Shown here: piece by piece, positions 34,786 to 63,303 of the stretch
Layout: the number at the start of each line of letters is the position of its first letter
Position numbering within the stretch: position 1 is the first letter of the stretch
DNA from: the human T2T-CHM13v2.0 reference genome, Homo sapiens
Length of the DNA stretch: 64,000 nt
Reading direction: 5' to 3' (one strand)
Assembly: GCF_009914755.1 (NCBI RefSeq)
Contig: NC_060941.1
The notes under the pieces: generated by a model
The model's input: only the letters and a program-made list of their open reading frames with translations
What the model was told of the DNA's origin: nothing
The model's database searches: none
Position numbers and translations under genes: made by a program

Positions 34786-35070
34786 AAAGATTTGGGATTA
34801 AAGGATTGGAGGAACATCCTGGCTCCACAGAATGTGACACTTGATACCATCCAGCCAGAGTAGCCCAGGGCTTCACGCAGTCTGTGGGATGGAGAAGGAG
34901 GGACAGCTGGTGGCTCCTGGTGGGGACACGTGTCCCGTTTTGCCTCCATTTGTTGGGTGACCTTAGTCCACCTACCAACCACTTTGTGCCTTGGTTTCCT
35001 TATCTGAAAAATGGGAATCAAATGGTACCTAACTCACAGGGTTGCTAGGAGGTTTCACTTCTCTGTGTAA

Positions 35071-35592
<522 letters not shown>

Positions 35593-36469
35593 TGAACCCC
35601 TTTGATGCCCTGTGAGCAGCTCTCACTTGCCACTCACCCAATGCCTGGGGGGCAGGGAGGTCGACGCTTCATGGAGATTTCCATAGGATGGATGCCTGGT
35701 CCAGCAGGGTCCCAATGGGCAGGGGCAGAGGCAGGCAGAGGAAAGGGTCACAAATCTCATAGCCCTAGAAGGGAGTGAGAAGAGGAACTGGCGGGCACAG
35801 CCACTCACATCATAGCAGAGGACCTGCACCGTCAAAGCCAAACTAGCAGCATGTCCAAGACCCAAATCCTTCATCTGCTTACCCTCCTTCCCACCTCCCC
35901 CAAAACTGTTTCTAGCATGTCCCCCTCCCCATAGAAGGCATCATCACCCCCTCCACTCTTCACCCCCCCCCCCAAAGCCAGCCAGTCCACAGCTATCCCT
36001 TTCGGTCCCACCTGCAGCCAGCCCCTAAACCTACCACTGCCCTCAGTCGTGGGGTCTCTTCCTTCCTGGTGGTGACAGGGCCTTCTGAGTTTGCTAAGCA
36101 CAGATCTACACTGCATCAAAGAGATCAGAGAGGTGACTGGGAAAGGCAGATTTGGTCATGGTCCTCCCCAGCTAAAAACCTGTTGCCCTCAGGAGGAAGT
36201 CTGAGCCCGCCTTAGCTCCATGGCCTCAGCTTCTGCAGTCTCCGTATCATCCACAGCTCACAGCCTCCTGCCGATCAGTCAGCACGTCTTTCCAGACCTT
36301 CTGCTTGAAATGCGAGTCTTCTAACAACTTGCCTGCTGAACTCCTACTCCTCCTTTCAGGGCTCAGCTTAAGCATCGCCTGTGGCCAGGGCTCAGGGCCT
36401 GCCCTGCACCTTTCATATCGCCTCTCTGGGAGTGGCTTGTTTAAACATCCCGGGAGCCTGGAGAGGTGG

Positions 36470-36995
36470 TATCACAGGCATTTGAACCAGAGCGACTCCA
36501 TCTTGAGTGAGGGCTAGGAAAATGAAGTTGGGACTTGCATTCCCAGAAGGCTATTCCCAGCCTCTAGATGTTTACAGTTAAGGAAATGGATTAATAATGT
36601 TTACTAACAAACCCAAACTTCGGAGTGTCCAGATATCCCGATATCTCGAGAACAAAGGCATTCCTAATTTTGCTTCAAAGATAATAATATTGATTCTTGC
36701 AAAATTTGGTAATTTTAAAAAAGAATCCTTTATCACAAACCCTGTAGCAGAGCACATCTCCCCATGATCTTTTTTTATCCTATATATATACAAGCACTGT
36801 ACCTAGGGTGGATGCATTCCTCCTCTTACTTTTGGGAATGCCCTATTCTGTCTATGGAGTAGCTGTTCTTTCACCACTTGACTTTCTAAATAAACTTGCT
36901 TTTGCTTTGCACCGCAGACTCGCCCTGAATTCTTTCTTGAGCAAGATCCAAGATCCCTCTCTTGGGGTCTGGATCGGGACCCCTTTCCTATAACA
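36470..36995 (+). mobile_element. ERV1 solo LTR, MER41 family
   Basis: 5' end ...AGGCATTTGAACCAGAGCGACTCCATCTTGA and 3' end AATAAACTTGCTTT...CTTGGGGTCTGGATCGGGACCCCTTTCCTATAACA are typical of MER41. Imperfect 4-bp TSD GTGG/GTGC. Confidence 0.8.
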
Positions 36996-37397
36996 GTGCG
37001 ACCAGGCTGTCCCTGCTCACCAAGGTGTCTGGGCACGGTCGGTGACTGCTCTTTGTAGGTCTCGGTGAAAACCTGCGGAGGAATGAGTGAGTGTAAGAAA
37101 GGGAAGGAGACATTTTTAATTAAGACCAGGCAAGATTAGGCAATAGGAGAAAAGACAGATATGAGTCAAAGCTTACTCACATGTTCCTGGCCTGGGAGGC
37201 AGAGATAGATTGTCACTGTCCGCAGCCACGGCAGAGCTGGGCTGTATCCTGGGCCTGAAATGAAGAGGTACCTCCCTCTCCTCCCCTGCTTCCTGGGATT
37301 CTGGGCCTGACATCCTATAGCAGGGTACACTGGAGACAGGGCCAGATGAGTTGCCACACTGCATTGTCCCTGGCATGTCACCATTTTTTGTAATTTA

Positions 37398-39918
<2,521 letters not shown>

Positions 39919-40339
39919 TGAGTAATGAAAAACCTATATACTATCAATCATCCGATGCTCAGCTTGGGGTTCACTGAATAGAAGAAGTGACTCAGCCTTG
40001 GGGGTCTGGAAGAGCTTCTGAGAAGCAGAGGTTGTGCCAGAGTGGGGTTTGAGGAATGACTTGGGGGTTCTACAAGCAGACAAAAGAGGGTCTTTGCAGC
40101 AGAGAGACTCAGAGGTGAAAACATCAGCTCTGGAATAAACTACTGAGTATAAAGTGGGACTGAGAGGAGGCTGGAAGCAGCAGGGTGCAGATTAAAAAAG
40201 GCTTGTCGGTTTGATGAGGGCCGTGCAGGAGCTTTGCCCAGGAAAACAGCATGAGTGAAGAGGAGCTGGCCAAAAAAGAAAAAAGAGATAGAATCCAATT
40301 GCATTCAAAGTAAGACCTCCTGTTTATCAAAAGACACCC

Positions 40340-41660
40340 CCCCACCACCACCAAAGAAATTCATGCAAGTCACAGACTGGAAATGATATCTGTAACACAT
40401 TTAAATGACAAAGGATTAATATCAAGAATATATAAAGAACTCTTAAGAATCAGTATGGAAAAGAAAAGAAATGGGCAAAGAACACAAACAGGAATATCAC
40501 AGAGGAGAAAGCACACATGTCCTGTAAACATATGCAAAGATATTTAACCTCATCAGCAACAAGGTAATGAAAATGTCATGCCCCTCAAATTGGCAAAAAT
40601 TAAAAAATTGGACAGTAGTAAGTGTTGGTGAAGCTATGGAGCAATGTGGGAACTCTTATCCACTGTTGGTGGGAGTGCAAATCAGTGCAACTATTTTGAA
40701 AGCAATTTGACATCTGGATACCCTTGAACTTTTGCATACCTTTGAACACCTGCACAGCCTTGGCCCAGTGACTTTACTCCCAGTGTATTCCCTACAGCAG
40801 TACTTCTCTCAAACTGTGGTGGAGGACCTGTCTTGTTTCTGTGTTAATTTCCAGTTTGTTTGGGGAATAATCCTTCTTGTAAAATACAATAAAAATGAAC
40901 CACTAAAAAATGGAATGAAAAAAAGGCATACAATTTACAAGCCCTGATATCTTGCTATTAGATTCAACAGATATAAAATTGCTTATGTATACCAAGGGGA
41001 CATGTACAAAATGTTCCTGGCAAATCATTTTGTAATAGCAAAAAACAAAAAGTAACTCAAATGTCCATTGACAGGAGATCAGAGAAATAAATTGTGACAT
41101 AATCACGTGACAAACTATAGAATTGTGAAAATAAATGAACTACAGCTCTATGCAACGACAAAAAAAGTCTCAGAAACATAATTGAGAGAAAGAAGTTTCT
41201 ATCGCCCCAAAAATAAACCTCAACCCTATTTTCAGTTACTTCTCCTTCTTCTTACCCCCAGCCCCAGGCAATCACTCATCTACTTCCGTCTCTATAGAGT
41301 TGACTTTTCTAGACATTTCCTATACATGGAATCTTACAATATGTAGTCTTTTGGGTCTGGCTTCTTTCACTTAGCACCCTGTTTTGGGGGTTTCACCCTT
41401 TGTTGTGGGATATATTAGAGCCTTATTCCTTTGTATTGCCAAATAACCACCTATGTCGATATGCCACATTTTGTTCATCCATTCACCAGCTGATGACATT
41501 TGAGTGGCTTCCACTTCTCCGCAAGTTTGAAGGATGCTGCCTTGGGTGTAGGTCTTTGCACTGATGTGTTTTCATTTCCCTTGAATTCAAACGCAGGTGG
41601 TATTGTTATTATAAAGCTCTACAACAAGAAAAATTCATTAGTATGATGTTTAGAGATACA
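40340..41660. mobile_element. Old L1 (L1M-type) 3' fragments in both orientations
   Basis: AT-rich L1 ORF2-end/3' UTR-like phrases, e.g. ATATATAAAGAACTCTTA, AAATGGGCAAAG, CAAATGTCCATTGACAG. Confidence 0.6.
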
Positions 41661-41675
41661 TATAAAGTACTGAAA

Positions 41676-42640
<965 letters not shown>

Positions 42641-42820
42641 AAGAAAAGACACGAAAAAACCAGCATTCAGGGGAGTAGATGAGGAGCATGGGGGTGGGAA
42701 GAGAAGGACGAAGCTGGAGGCAAGGGTGATGGCTGGTGGGTTTATGGGTGCTCGCTTCGTATTATGCTCCATAACTTACATATATATTTTATTAGATATC
42801 ATGTTTATGTATATATGCTA

Positions 42821-43342
<522 letters not shown>

Positions 43343-43989
43343 GGCATTTTAAAAAATGAAAGCCTGTCTCCAACGCCCTAACAACCAAGGTTTCTACTGC
43401 AGCGACAGTGTGACCACTGCACTAACTCCTACAGGGCTCTCAAAGGCCCAGGCACTGCAACGGGTGCCGGTGCCTGGCCTGAAAATCCCAGTCCCAGAGA
43501 TCTGCGGGGGTCCTCCATGCTTCCCCGGGGGCCTTGCTTCCCACCGACCACCCTTAGAACAAACAGCCCATCTGTGCACCCTTCTCCCTCCTCTCCCTGA
43601 CCCCCTCGCCTGGTGTACTCTTCCACGAAGCAGCATCATCCCGGATTCACATTTATTTGTTGTCTGTTGCCACCCAGATGCGTGTGCAGAATATGGCTCT
43701 ATGGGAGCTGGACCCTGGCTGGGTCATGGCCCAAGCCCCGACGTGCACATGCCTGGCGGCAAGGGGGCTCAGGAAATACTGCAGAGTTAACAGAAGCAGC
43801 CGGGGGCCTGTGATGTGGATGGAGAGAACTGGGGCTATCAACCTGAGCTGCTCTCTTGACAGCTGAAAGCATAGGCTATGTTGCTGTTTTTACCCTGGGT
43901 AGACACGCCTCTGGTAAATGTATGATTTGTTAGATATTTTGAGGTCTGGAAAACAGTCATCAGACCCTCATAAGCACCTTCAAGGACTC

Positions 43990-44656
43990 TGATATGGTTT
44001 GGCCATGGCCCCATTCAAATCTCATCTTGAATTGTAGTTCCCATAAGCCCCACGTATCATGGGAGGGACCCAGTGGGAGGTAATTGAATCATGGGGGCAG
44101 GTTTTTACCATGCTGTTCTCATGATAGTAAGTCTCAAGAGATCTGATGGTTTTTTTTTTTTTTTTAGATGGAGTCTTGCTCTGTCGCCCAGGCTGGAGTG
44201 CAGTGGCGCCATCTCGGCTGACTGCAAGCTCTGCCTCCTTGGTTTATGCCATTCTCCTCAGCCTCAGCCTCCTGAGTAGCTGGGATTACAGGTGCCTGCC
44301 ACCACATCTGGCTAATTCTTTGTATTTTTAGTAGAGACGGTTTCACCATGTTATTCAGGATGGTCTTGATCTCCTGACCTCATGATCCACCCATCTCAGC
44401 CTCCCAAAGTGCTGGGATTACAGGCGTCAGCCACCGCGCCTGGCCCAATCTGATGGTTTTATAAAGGGCAGTTCCCCTGCATACACTCTCTTGCCTGCTG
44501 CCATGTAAGACATGCCTTTGCTCGTCCCTCACCTTCCACCATGATTGTGAGGCCTCCCCAGCCATGTGGAACTGTGAGCTCATTAAACCTTTTTTTCTTT
44601 ATGAATTACCCAGTCTCAGGTATTTCTTCATAGCAGTATGAAAACGGACTAATACA
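43990..44656. mobile_element. MaLR MST-type solo LTR with an internal antisense Alu (44149-44446)
   Basis: TGATATGGTTTGG...GGACTAATACA termini, TSD GACTC/GACCC. Confidence 0.85.
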
Positions 44657-45879
44657 GACCCCTAGGGGTCCAGGATCCCAGCTGGAGGTAACCATTCCTA
44701 GGTGAGCCTTAAAGTACTTTGCAAAGTTAGGATTCCGCATTTCCACGGCAGGGTGACCTCCTGGGGTCTAGGGCTCTTCATCACCCTCATTGGCATCATC
44801 ACCGTCATAATCCAGACCCCAGACAGATGTGTCTGAAGGCAGTTGGGTGTGAGCCAGGAGCCCAGCGGGGACTGGGCTGGAGGTGTGAATAGAGAAACTG
44901 CCTTCAGCTTCAGCCTCAAAACCTACCACAGGATCTTAACCCCAGGTCTGCACTGAGCAGCCAGCACTAGTGGCTACTTAACGTCTGAAATACGGCCAGT
45001 GTGACTTAGGAACTAAATTTTAATTTTACTTAACTTTTATTTTGAGACAAGGTCTCATTCTGTCACCCAGGCTGGGTGCAGTGGTGCAATCTCAGCTCAC
45101 TGCAACCTATGACTCCCAGGCTCAAATAATTCTCCCATCTCAGTCTCCCGAGTAGCTGGAACTACAGACACCCACCATCACACCCAGCTAATTTTAGTAT
45201 TTTTTTGATAGAGACAGGTTTCACCATGTTGGCCAGGCTGGTCTCGAACTCCCGACCTCAAGTGATCTGCCAGCCTTGATCTCCCAAAGTGCTGGGATTA
45301 CAGGTGTGAGCCACTGCGCCTGGTCTTAATTTTAATTAATATAAAATTTTAAAATGGAAGCAGTGTAAATGTTTTTATATTAAACACAACTTTATTGCTA
45401 TAGTAAGACTACATTTCACTCTGTTGAAAATTGAGCCTCTGAATTGAGATGTGTAAAATACACACCAGATTTTAAGACTTGGCACATACAAGAAGGTAAA
45501 ATATCTCATTAATAATTTTTGAGCTGTGTGTGGGGTGGCTGCACCCTTGTAGTCCCAGTTACGCAGGAGGCTGAGGTGGGAGGATCACTGGAGCCCAGAA
45601 GTTGGAAGCTACAATGAGCTGTGATCACACCACTGCACTCCAGCATGGGCGACAGGGAAAGACCCCATCTCTTAAAAAAGGGGGTGGAGGGGTTAAAGAA
45701 ATAATAATTTTGATATTGATTACATGTTAAAAATGGTACTATTTTGGATATATTGGGTTAAATAAAATATATTAAAATGAATATTACACCTTTTTCACTT
45801 TTTCTAATATGGCTACTAGAAAATATAAAATTATATATGCAGCTCTCATTATATTTATGTTAGACAGACATTTCCATCA

Positions 45880-46438
<559 letters not shown>

Positions 46439-47066
46439 CATCGTAACCGAAAGGTCCACTAGACAGCGCTGGTCTAGAGTCTAAACAAACCATTCTCACC
46501 TCCAAGCAACCCGGTTCCTCCCACATCCACTTTTGATTTAAGCTCCCTGCCTGGGGGCCCTAACCCTCTGATTCTCTGAAGCTAAGCCCTGCCTTCCTCC
46601 ATGTGAAGCTGTCTTGCCTGTCCTTTCCTGCTGGTAGGAACCATCTTCCTCCCTTAATATCCACTATTTATACCAGACTTCAGCACTTAGGCTTGGAGAA
46701 CTAATTTCCTCTTCAGCTCAATTTTTACATTAAAGGCAGTTAATACCCTTCTCTCTTAATTGAGCGCCTTGCATATAAGGAATGGTAACTGATGATTCTA
46801 ACAGTATTAATAGCACCTTTTTTTCTGTGGTGCTTTACAGCTCAAAAAGGATCTGTCATCTCCCCACAACCTTAAGAGGGAAGACAGGTAGAGATTTTCA
46901 TAGCCATTGTACACATGAGGAAACTGAGGCTCTTTGAGGTTATTTTGCACAGATCATAAGGCTTGTTAATGTGGCCCCCATTTTTCCACTGTAGGCCAGT
47001 GCTGTTTCCCCTCCATGTGCTTTTGGTGCCCACGTGAAAATGCAGACAGTTAAAACTGAATATAGA

Positions 47067-47547
<481 letters not shown>

Positions 47548-47741
47548 TTAACAAAGAATGATGGAATTAAACATTTGGACTTTTTTTTTAAAACAACAGT
47601 TTTATCAAGATATAGTTCATATACCATAAAATCCCCCCTTTTAAAGTATACAACTGAGTGGCTTTTAGAATATTCAGAGTTGTACAACCATCACTACTAA
47701 TGTCAGAACATTTCACTACCCCTAAAAGAAACCCCATACCA

Positions 47742-48857
<1,116 letters not shown>

Positions 48858-48859
48858 TT

Positions 48860-50430
<1,571 letters not shown>

Positions 50431-52599
50431 TGAGCATATTTTTAAGGGCTGTTTTTCTCTCCTGTGGTAACTGGTGACCTGTACTTCCTGGAAGAGAGAT
50501 GAAAAGATTCCCAAGCCAACTGAGTTACCTCACGTGGGTCAGGTCTCTGTGGCTCTCTGCACTGGCCTATTCATAATGATATCCTCCTGCAGGATTTGAG
50601 CCTTCTCCTTTGTTGTGACGGCAGCCGAGGAGGTGGCTGACTGCCCAGACAGCCTTATCTCTTTCCTACCTTTCAAGGTTATTGTAAATACCAAATTAGA
50701 TTGTTTATACACAAGAATTTAGCACTAAAGCACTATACAAATGTAAGCTATTTATTTCTATTTATCCTTCTCCTTCATGAATAAGACCCTAAAAATAGAA
50801 GATATTTTTAATTTTTACTCACTGGGCTCAAGGTTGCAGTGTCTGTATTATTGCAAATTCCAAATTAATGAAGTCTGGCTCTTCTTATATTATTCCTGCA
50901 AAAGGCTGTGTGCTCACCCCCCGGAGTGTGAATACGAGTGTGGGTCATTTCCTCTTTCCTCTGCACCCTTCCTTCGATGAGGTTTTGCCCTGTGCTAGGC
51001 ACCATGCTAAACTCTGAGAAAACCACAGAGAACAAGGCAGACGCCATCCCTGCCCTCCAGTAACATACAATTTAGTGATGAAGCTGGGGGATTTAACAAG
51101 CCATTCTAATAAAGCGTTACAGTGAGGGAGGTGCAGGGTGATGCCTCCAGCAGCCCTGGTGTCAGCTGCTCCAGGTCCAGGGGAAGACTTCCATTATCTT
51201 CCAACCCTGTCGGAAGTGGAGGCGGAGGCTGTTTATTGCTGACACAGTCCCTAACCCAGGGTCTATAGACATTGTGGAAATGCCTTGGAGTCAGACGGGA
51301 GAATGAACCAGCAGAAGCAATGCCCGCCCTCCACCCTCCTGAAGAGGGTTCTCAGGAACTCTTTGGAGGCGAGGCCAGCCTCTGGCTGAGGGCCTCTGGA
51401 TACAGGTTAGGCCTCAGGCTCTTCTCCTCTCTACTCATCTCTCCTCCCTTGGCCCCTCCTTCAGAGGCTGACAGAGCCCCACTCTCATCTCTTCCCCACC
51501 CAAGCCTCTTTCCACAGAAAGACTGCTTCCTCCCAGGAGACAGCAGCTCATTTGCACACAGACACCCACAGCCCTCAAAGCCTGGAAGGCCAAGCTGTTA
51601 GGACCCCTGAGAGCAGGGTGGCTCCTGGGAGGAGAGCCCAGGCCACCACCTTGCCCTCCCTGGCCCCTGGCCTTCGATGGGGCTGCTCTGATCACAAACG
51701 TCCACCAACGTAGCCGGCCCAGAAGTGCACCCATGTCCTCTGGTATCCACTGGCTCTCCAAGCCAAACTGGGCAGGGAGGAGTTGTGAGGGAAAACTGCA
51801 GGTCAGGAGGGAGGCTGGCAAAGCGGGCCAGGGCCAGGCCTGACCCCAGCTCTCCTCTCCCGGCCCCACTGCCGGCCAGTGTTTAACAAGGCCCTGCCTT
51901 CTCCCTCTAGTGCTAGGGACAGCCACCTTCTTCCTCTCCCCACCGCCCCCTCTCCCCTGCAACACGTCATCTGACAAGTCAGTGCGATCTCACTGGAGGT
52001 GCATCTCACAGGAACGCGGGGTCACAGCCTCCTGCACACACTCCATGCTGCACAGCAAGGTGCACGTGTCCCTCAGAGCCCCAGACACCATCCCCCACTC
52101 ACCCAGAAGCCCAAGTGATTCCCAACAGCCCCCAGCAGCCTAATGGGTTGGGGTCTTGGGAGCAGCTGTCCCTGGCTCCTTCCCTGATCCCACCGCCCAG
52201 CCTCACCCCACGGTTCCTCCATTGCCCCACCTCCCACTGCGCCGCCGGGCCTCTGCCAGGGTCAAGGGGCTTCCCCCCTCTGGCAGCAGACGCCATGGTG
52301 CCGAGGTGGCCTCCACAACCGCCCTGTGCGCCAATAGGACAAGACTGTCCTCCCTCCCCCACACTTGTCACTTTGAGGGACACGTGGATGAGACAGGAAA
52401 ACACAGGGGAGTGTGGAGACCTGAGGTGACTTGGAGCAAGCCTCTCAACCTGAGCGGCAATTTCTTCATCTGTAAAATGAGGGGGTTGTTCTCATCTCTG
52501 AGGCTTTGTGTCGCTCTCAAAGCCTGCTAGCCTCGGGTTCTAGGACTCTGTTGGGATCGTGTGTGATGTTTTCTGCTGAGCGACTGGCAGCCTGTGTCC

Positions 52600-54094
<1,495 letters not shown>

Positions 54095-54138
54095 TAAGCA
54101 GGGTCCTACACCCTCCCTGCCCTCCTGGTGCCCAATAG

Positions 54139-54312
<174 letters not shown>

Positions 54313-54539
54313 TGAGGGCTGAGGCAGAGCTCGGGGGCGGCCTCCTAGTGCCCCATCGTGGGGGTCGGGGGAGAGCAGCCCATCAGGGAGGGAGGAACCC
54401 TGGGATCCACATGGGCCCTGACAGAAGGGAAAGCCCAGGTAAGCACAGAATGGCTTTCTGAGCATTGATTTTTCTTGGAGATGGGGTGGGGAGTTACTTT
54501 CTGTTAAAGGAAACATTCTGGAGTAGGAAGCCAAATTCA

Positions 54540-54911
<372 letters not shown>

Positions 54912-55148
54912 TCACCAAAGCCAGAGAATGGGAGGGATCTGCCCTCACTGCAGGGTGGTGCCAAGCTGGGACTTGACCCTGACCCTGACTTTCAGGACTC
55001 CTGTCCCCCACTCCACAGGCTGCCTCCACTGGCAGGGGACTCAGAAGTGATCCGGTCACACTAAGTGACACTTAGTGATCAGAAGTGCCCCGGTGCCACT
55101 GAGTGGCCTTGTCCAAGCTACATCCACTCTGTGGGCTCCTCCTTGTAG

Positions 55149-55343
<195 letters not shown>

Positions 55344-55894
55344 TAGTGTTCCCACATTGCCCTGCTGCACTCCGGACCATGCAGTTGTGTAGGGTCTGTG
55401 GAGACAGCAGGTAAACCCAAAGGTGTTGCCCTCCAACTGGGGCTGGACGGTGCAGATACCCCCACGCCCTGCTTCTCTTGGCAAGTGGACTTCCGGAATC
55501 TCCAGCTGCAGCCCCCACTTCTGTGTGTACCTCGGCCTCTCCCATCACCCCTAGGCCTTCCTCCTGGCTGCCTGGTTTCCCCTTTCGTGGGTCCTCTCAT
55601 GTTCCCCAAGAGCCCTCAGGCCAGGGACCCCTCGTGGCTTCCCCTTAAACCCCGCTCCAGCCCCCTTTATGAGCAGCTTCGAGGAAGGCACTCCATCCAA
55701 TAGGCCGCTAAGTGTCTGTCTGGGTTTTGGCCTTTGGGTGTCCCCTTGGTGTCAGCCACCTTAGGTGGTCATGTCTCTGGGGCAGGGGCCCTGCCTGGGT
55801 GTTTCTGTAGCTCCCAGCCCCCTCCCACCAGGCCTGTAGGTGGCCCCTGTCTCTGGGGGCACCGTGATGTTCAGGAAGCTGGTGGGAGCAGTAA

Positions 55895-56377
<483 letters not shown>

Positions 56378-56516
56378 TAGCTGGCTGTAGCTAATTAGAA
56401 ATTGTAGAGTGGCAACCCCCAAGCCAATTTTCCAGCTAGCTGCAGATCCACGGGCCTCGAGCCAGTGGAAGAGCCGACTTACAGCTGAGAGGCTGAGGTC
56501 CGAGCCTTTGGCCTGA

Positions 56517-57011
<495 letters not shown>

Positions 57012-57243
57012 TAGCTCATGCCCAAGGAAACAAGCACTGTGGCCCTGCCTCAGGATTGAGTGGCTGGGGCCTGGCGCAGCCAGAAATGACAGTGGCAGCA
57101 TCTTGCAGCCCCAGGACATGTGGCCCTCGGAGGAGTGTGGGTGGGACTGATGTGTGAGATTTCTGGCCCTAAGCCAGGCCTGCAGCCCTTGAGGGCCCCA
57201 GGGTACAGGTGCCGGCCCCAGGGTGCCACTCAGCGATGCATGA

Positions 57244-57549
<306 letters not shown>

Positions 57550-57749
57550 TGAGGTGCCAGCTCCTCCCTCCAGGCTCCACAGTGGCAGGATGAGAGCAAC
57601 AACGCACTTTCACTCATCTGCTGTGGGAGTGAGGGCCCTGCCTCTGGGAATGGTGGCCACAGAGCAGAGAAGCTTTCATGCACAGGGAGTTGACCCGAGA
57701 TGGGGACCCCAGCCCTGTCCCCAGGCCAGCCAGAGTGGGCTCCCCCTGA

Positions 57750-58091
<342 letters not shown>

Positions 58092-58228
58092 TAGGGGGTA
58101 TAGGAGGCCTATTAGTCCACCTTCTCTGGCAGCTTTGACAAATAGTCACTTCTATACCTTGGAATGGAGGAAGAAGGCCCAAGTGGTGGTGAGCCAGGGC
58201 AGGGTAAAGAATTTGCTTGTTTCTGCCA

Positions 58229-59382
<1,154 letters not shown>

Positions 59383-59653
59383 TGAGAGGAGGGATAGAAA
59401 AGCCTTCGCCCCAGCTAGCCCTCCCCAGCCTCCTGGACAGCCAGGCGCCTCCTGCCCCAGCCAGTTCTAGCCTCTCCTCTCTAATGATGTCCCCCGCTGT
59501 GACCCACCGCCTTCTCCTTTCCTGCCTGAAACTCCCTCTTCCAGGAAGTCTTCCCCAGTTCCTCAGGATGGGGAAGGGTTGCCGGGTGGAAATGCCTTTT
59601 CTACAAAAGCTAAATCCATCTGTTTGCAACCTCTAGGCCCTAAGACAATTTAA

Positions 59654-59770
<117 letters not shown>

Positions 59771-60056
59771 TAGCGCCCCCACCCCACCCACCCCCAGTAC
59801 TGTCACACCCTCAATCCACTTCTCCTCCTGTGATCCTAGCTGCCTCATCCCCAGGGCTTGTCCCCATGCTCCTCCAGACCTCAAAGGCCTGGAGTTAGAG
59901 TGGCCCACTCTCCTGAGCCTGTCTTGGGTCTCCCTTCTCCCCCAAGATAGCTTCTGGTCCAGCCTCTGCCCTGCAGGAAGCTGGATGGTGCCTGGGTAAG
60001 GAACCCCTGTTCCTGGCCCCCCATGATCTTCCCTGACTCCCACCCTGTGCCTGCAG

Positions 60057-60179
60057 GTACTTTGTGAGTTTTGTCCTGCAGTTCCAGTTCCATGAAGCCC
60101 TGTGCAAGGAGGCAGGCTATGAGGGCCCACTGCACCAGTGTGACATCTACCGGTCCACCAAGGCAGGGGCCAAGCTCCG
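60057..60179 (+). CDS. ACE: ACE exon 11 ([16 protein letters not shown]...AGAKLR)
   Basis: AG/GT boundaries, 123 nt. Confidence 0.97.
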
Positions 60180-60298
60180 GTGTGTGGTGGGAAGCCGGGG
60201 GAAGTGGGAGGCAGAGAGGAGCGGCTGGCAAAGGGTGTGGCAGGAGGTGTCTGGCTGCTCTGATGGGGTGGGGGGCACCAACCACAGAGCTGGACTGA

Positions 60299-61075
<777 letters not shown>

Positions 61076-61274
61076 ATGGGCCAGGGTTGGGCTACTGCAG
61101 GACTTCCCAGCCTCCTCTTCCTGCTGCTCTGCTACGGGCACCCTCTGCTGGTCCCTAGCCAGGAGGCATCCCAACAGGTGACAGTCACCCATGGGACAAG
61201 CAGCCAGGCAACAACCAGCAGCCAGACAACCACCCACCAGGCGACGGCCCACCAGACATCAGCCCAGAGCCCAA
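61076..61274 (+). CDS. ACE: ACE exon 13, testis-isoform first exon (MGQGWATAG signal peptide plus Ser/Thr-rich segment)
   Basis: Kozak GCCATGG, 199 nt, phase-1 donor that matches exon 14. Confidence 0.95.
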
Positions 61275-61383
61275 GTGGGACCATGCAGGGGAGGGGCAGG
61301 GTGCCAGGGGTGGGAGAGGCGGGGCCGGGTAGGGACAGGGGCAGGGTACAAGGGAGTGCGAGAGGGATAATGGCTTCTGGTGA

Positions 61384-61674
<291 letters not shown>

Positions 61675-61707
61675 TAAATTGAATATTTAAAACAATACTC
61701 AATTTCG

Positions 61708-62001
61708 GGCCGGGCGCGGTGGCTCACGCCTGTAATCCCAGCACTTTGGGAGGGGGAGGCGGGCGGATCACGAGGTCAGATCAAGACCATCCTGGCTAAC
61801 ATGGTGAAACCCCATCTCTAGTAAAAATACAAAAATTAGCCGGGTGTGGTGGCGAGCACCTGTAGTCCCAGTACTCAGGAGGCTGAGGCAGGAGAATGGC
61901 ATGAACCCGGGAGGCAGAGCTTGCAGTGAGCCGAGATGGCACCACTGCACTCCAGCCTGGGCGACAGAGCGAGACTCCATCAAAAAAAAAAAAAAAAAAA
62001 A
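61708..62001 (+). mobile_element. AluY-like element in ACE intron 14 (plus a partial Alu monomer near 62070-62175)
   Basis: Alu consensus, TSD ACTCAATTTC. Confidence 0.9.
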
Positions 62002-62562
62002 ACTCAATTTCAGATTTTGGTGAACATTTACTCAATGCCTGAGCAATTATTCTTTCCTTAAAAATCAGTCTCTGGGAGGCCTAGGTGGGAAGATCACTTG
62101 AAGCCAGGAGTTGGAGACTAGGCTGGGCAACATAGCAAGATCCCATCTCTATTCAAACAAACAAATAAACAAAAATCAATCTCTAGTAACAGAATAATTT
62201 GTACATAAATAAGTGGTGCTCAAGTCGTTTTTTAAAAGATTGAAAGCCTCTGTTTGTCTCCTCTACAAAAGGGGCTACACTTCCTCTTTACCCTCATTCC
62301 CTGCCTGTTTGGCTGAGCACAAATTATGCCACTGAGCCACACACTGTTACTGTTCCTTGGCACTTTGATCTGTTGCCTCATCTTTTTCTCAACAGCCTTG
62401 CAAAATTGGTGAGCTTATTCCCATTTTACAGATGGGATTTGATATTAACTCTGAGGTTCAGAAAGGCCACAGAGCTAATACCAAGCTGGCTCCTTCCTAA
62501 GGGCCTTTACGACACTTGGGGGTCTTCTCTTCTCTGCCCCTGCCTGGATATGTGTTGCTTGA

Positions 62563-63303
<741 letters not shown>

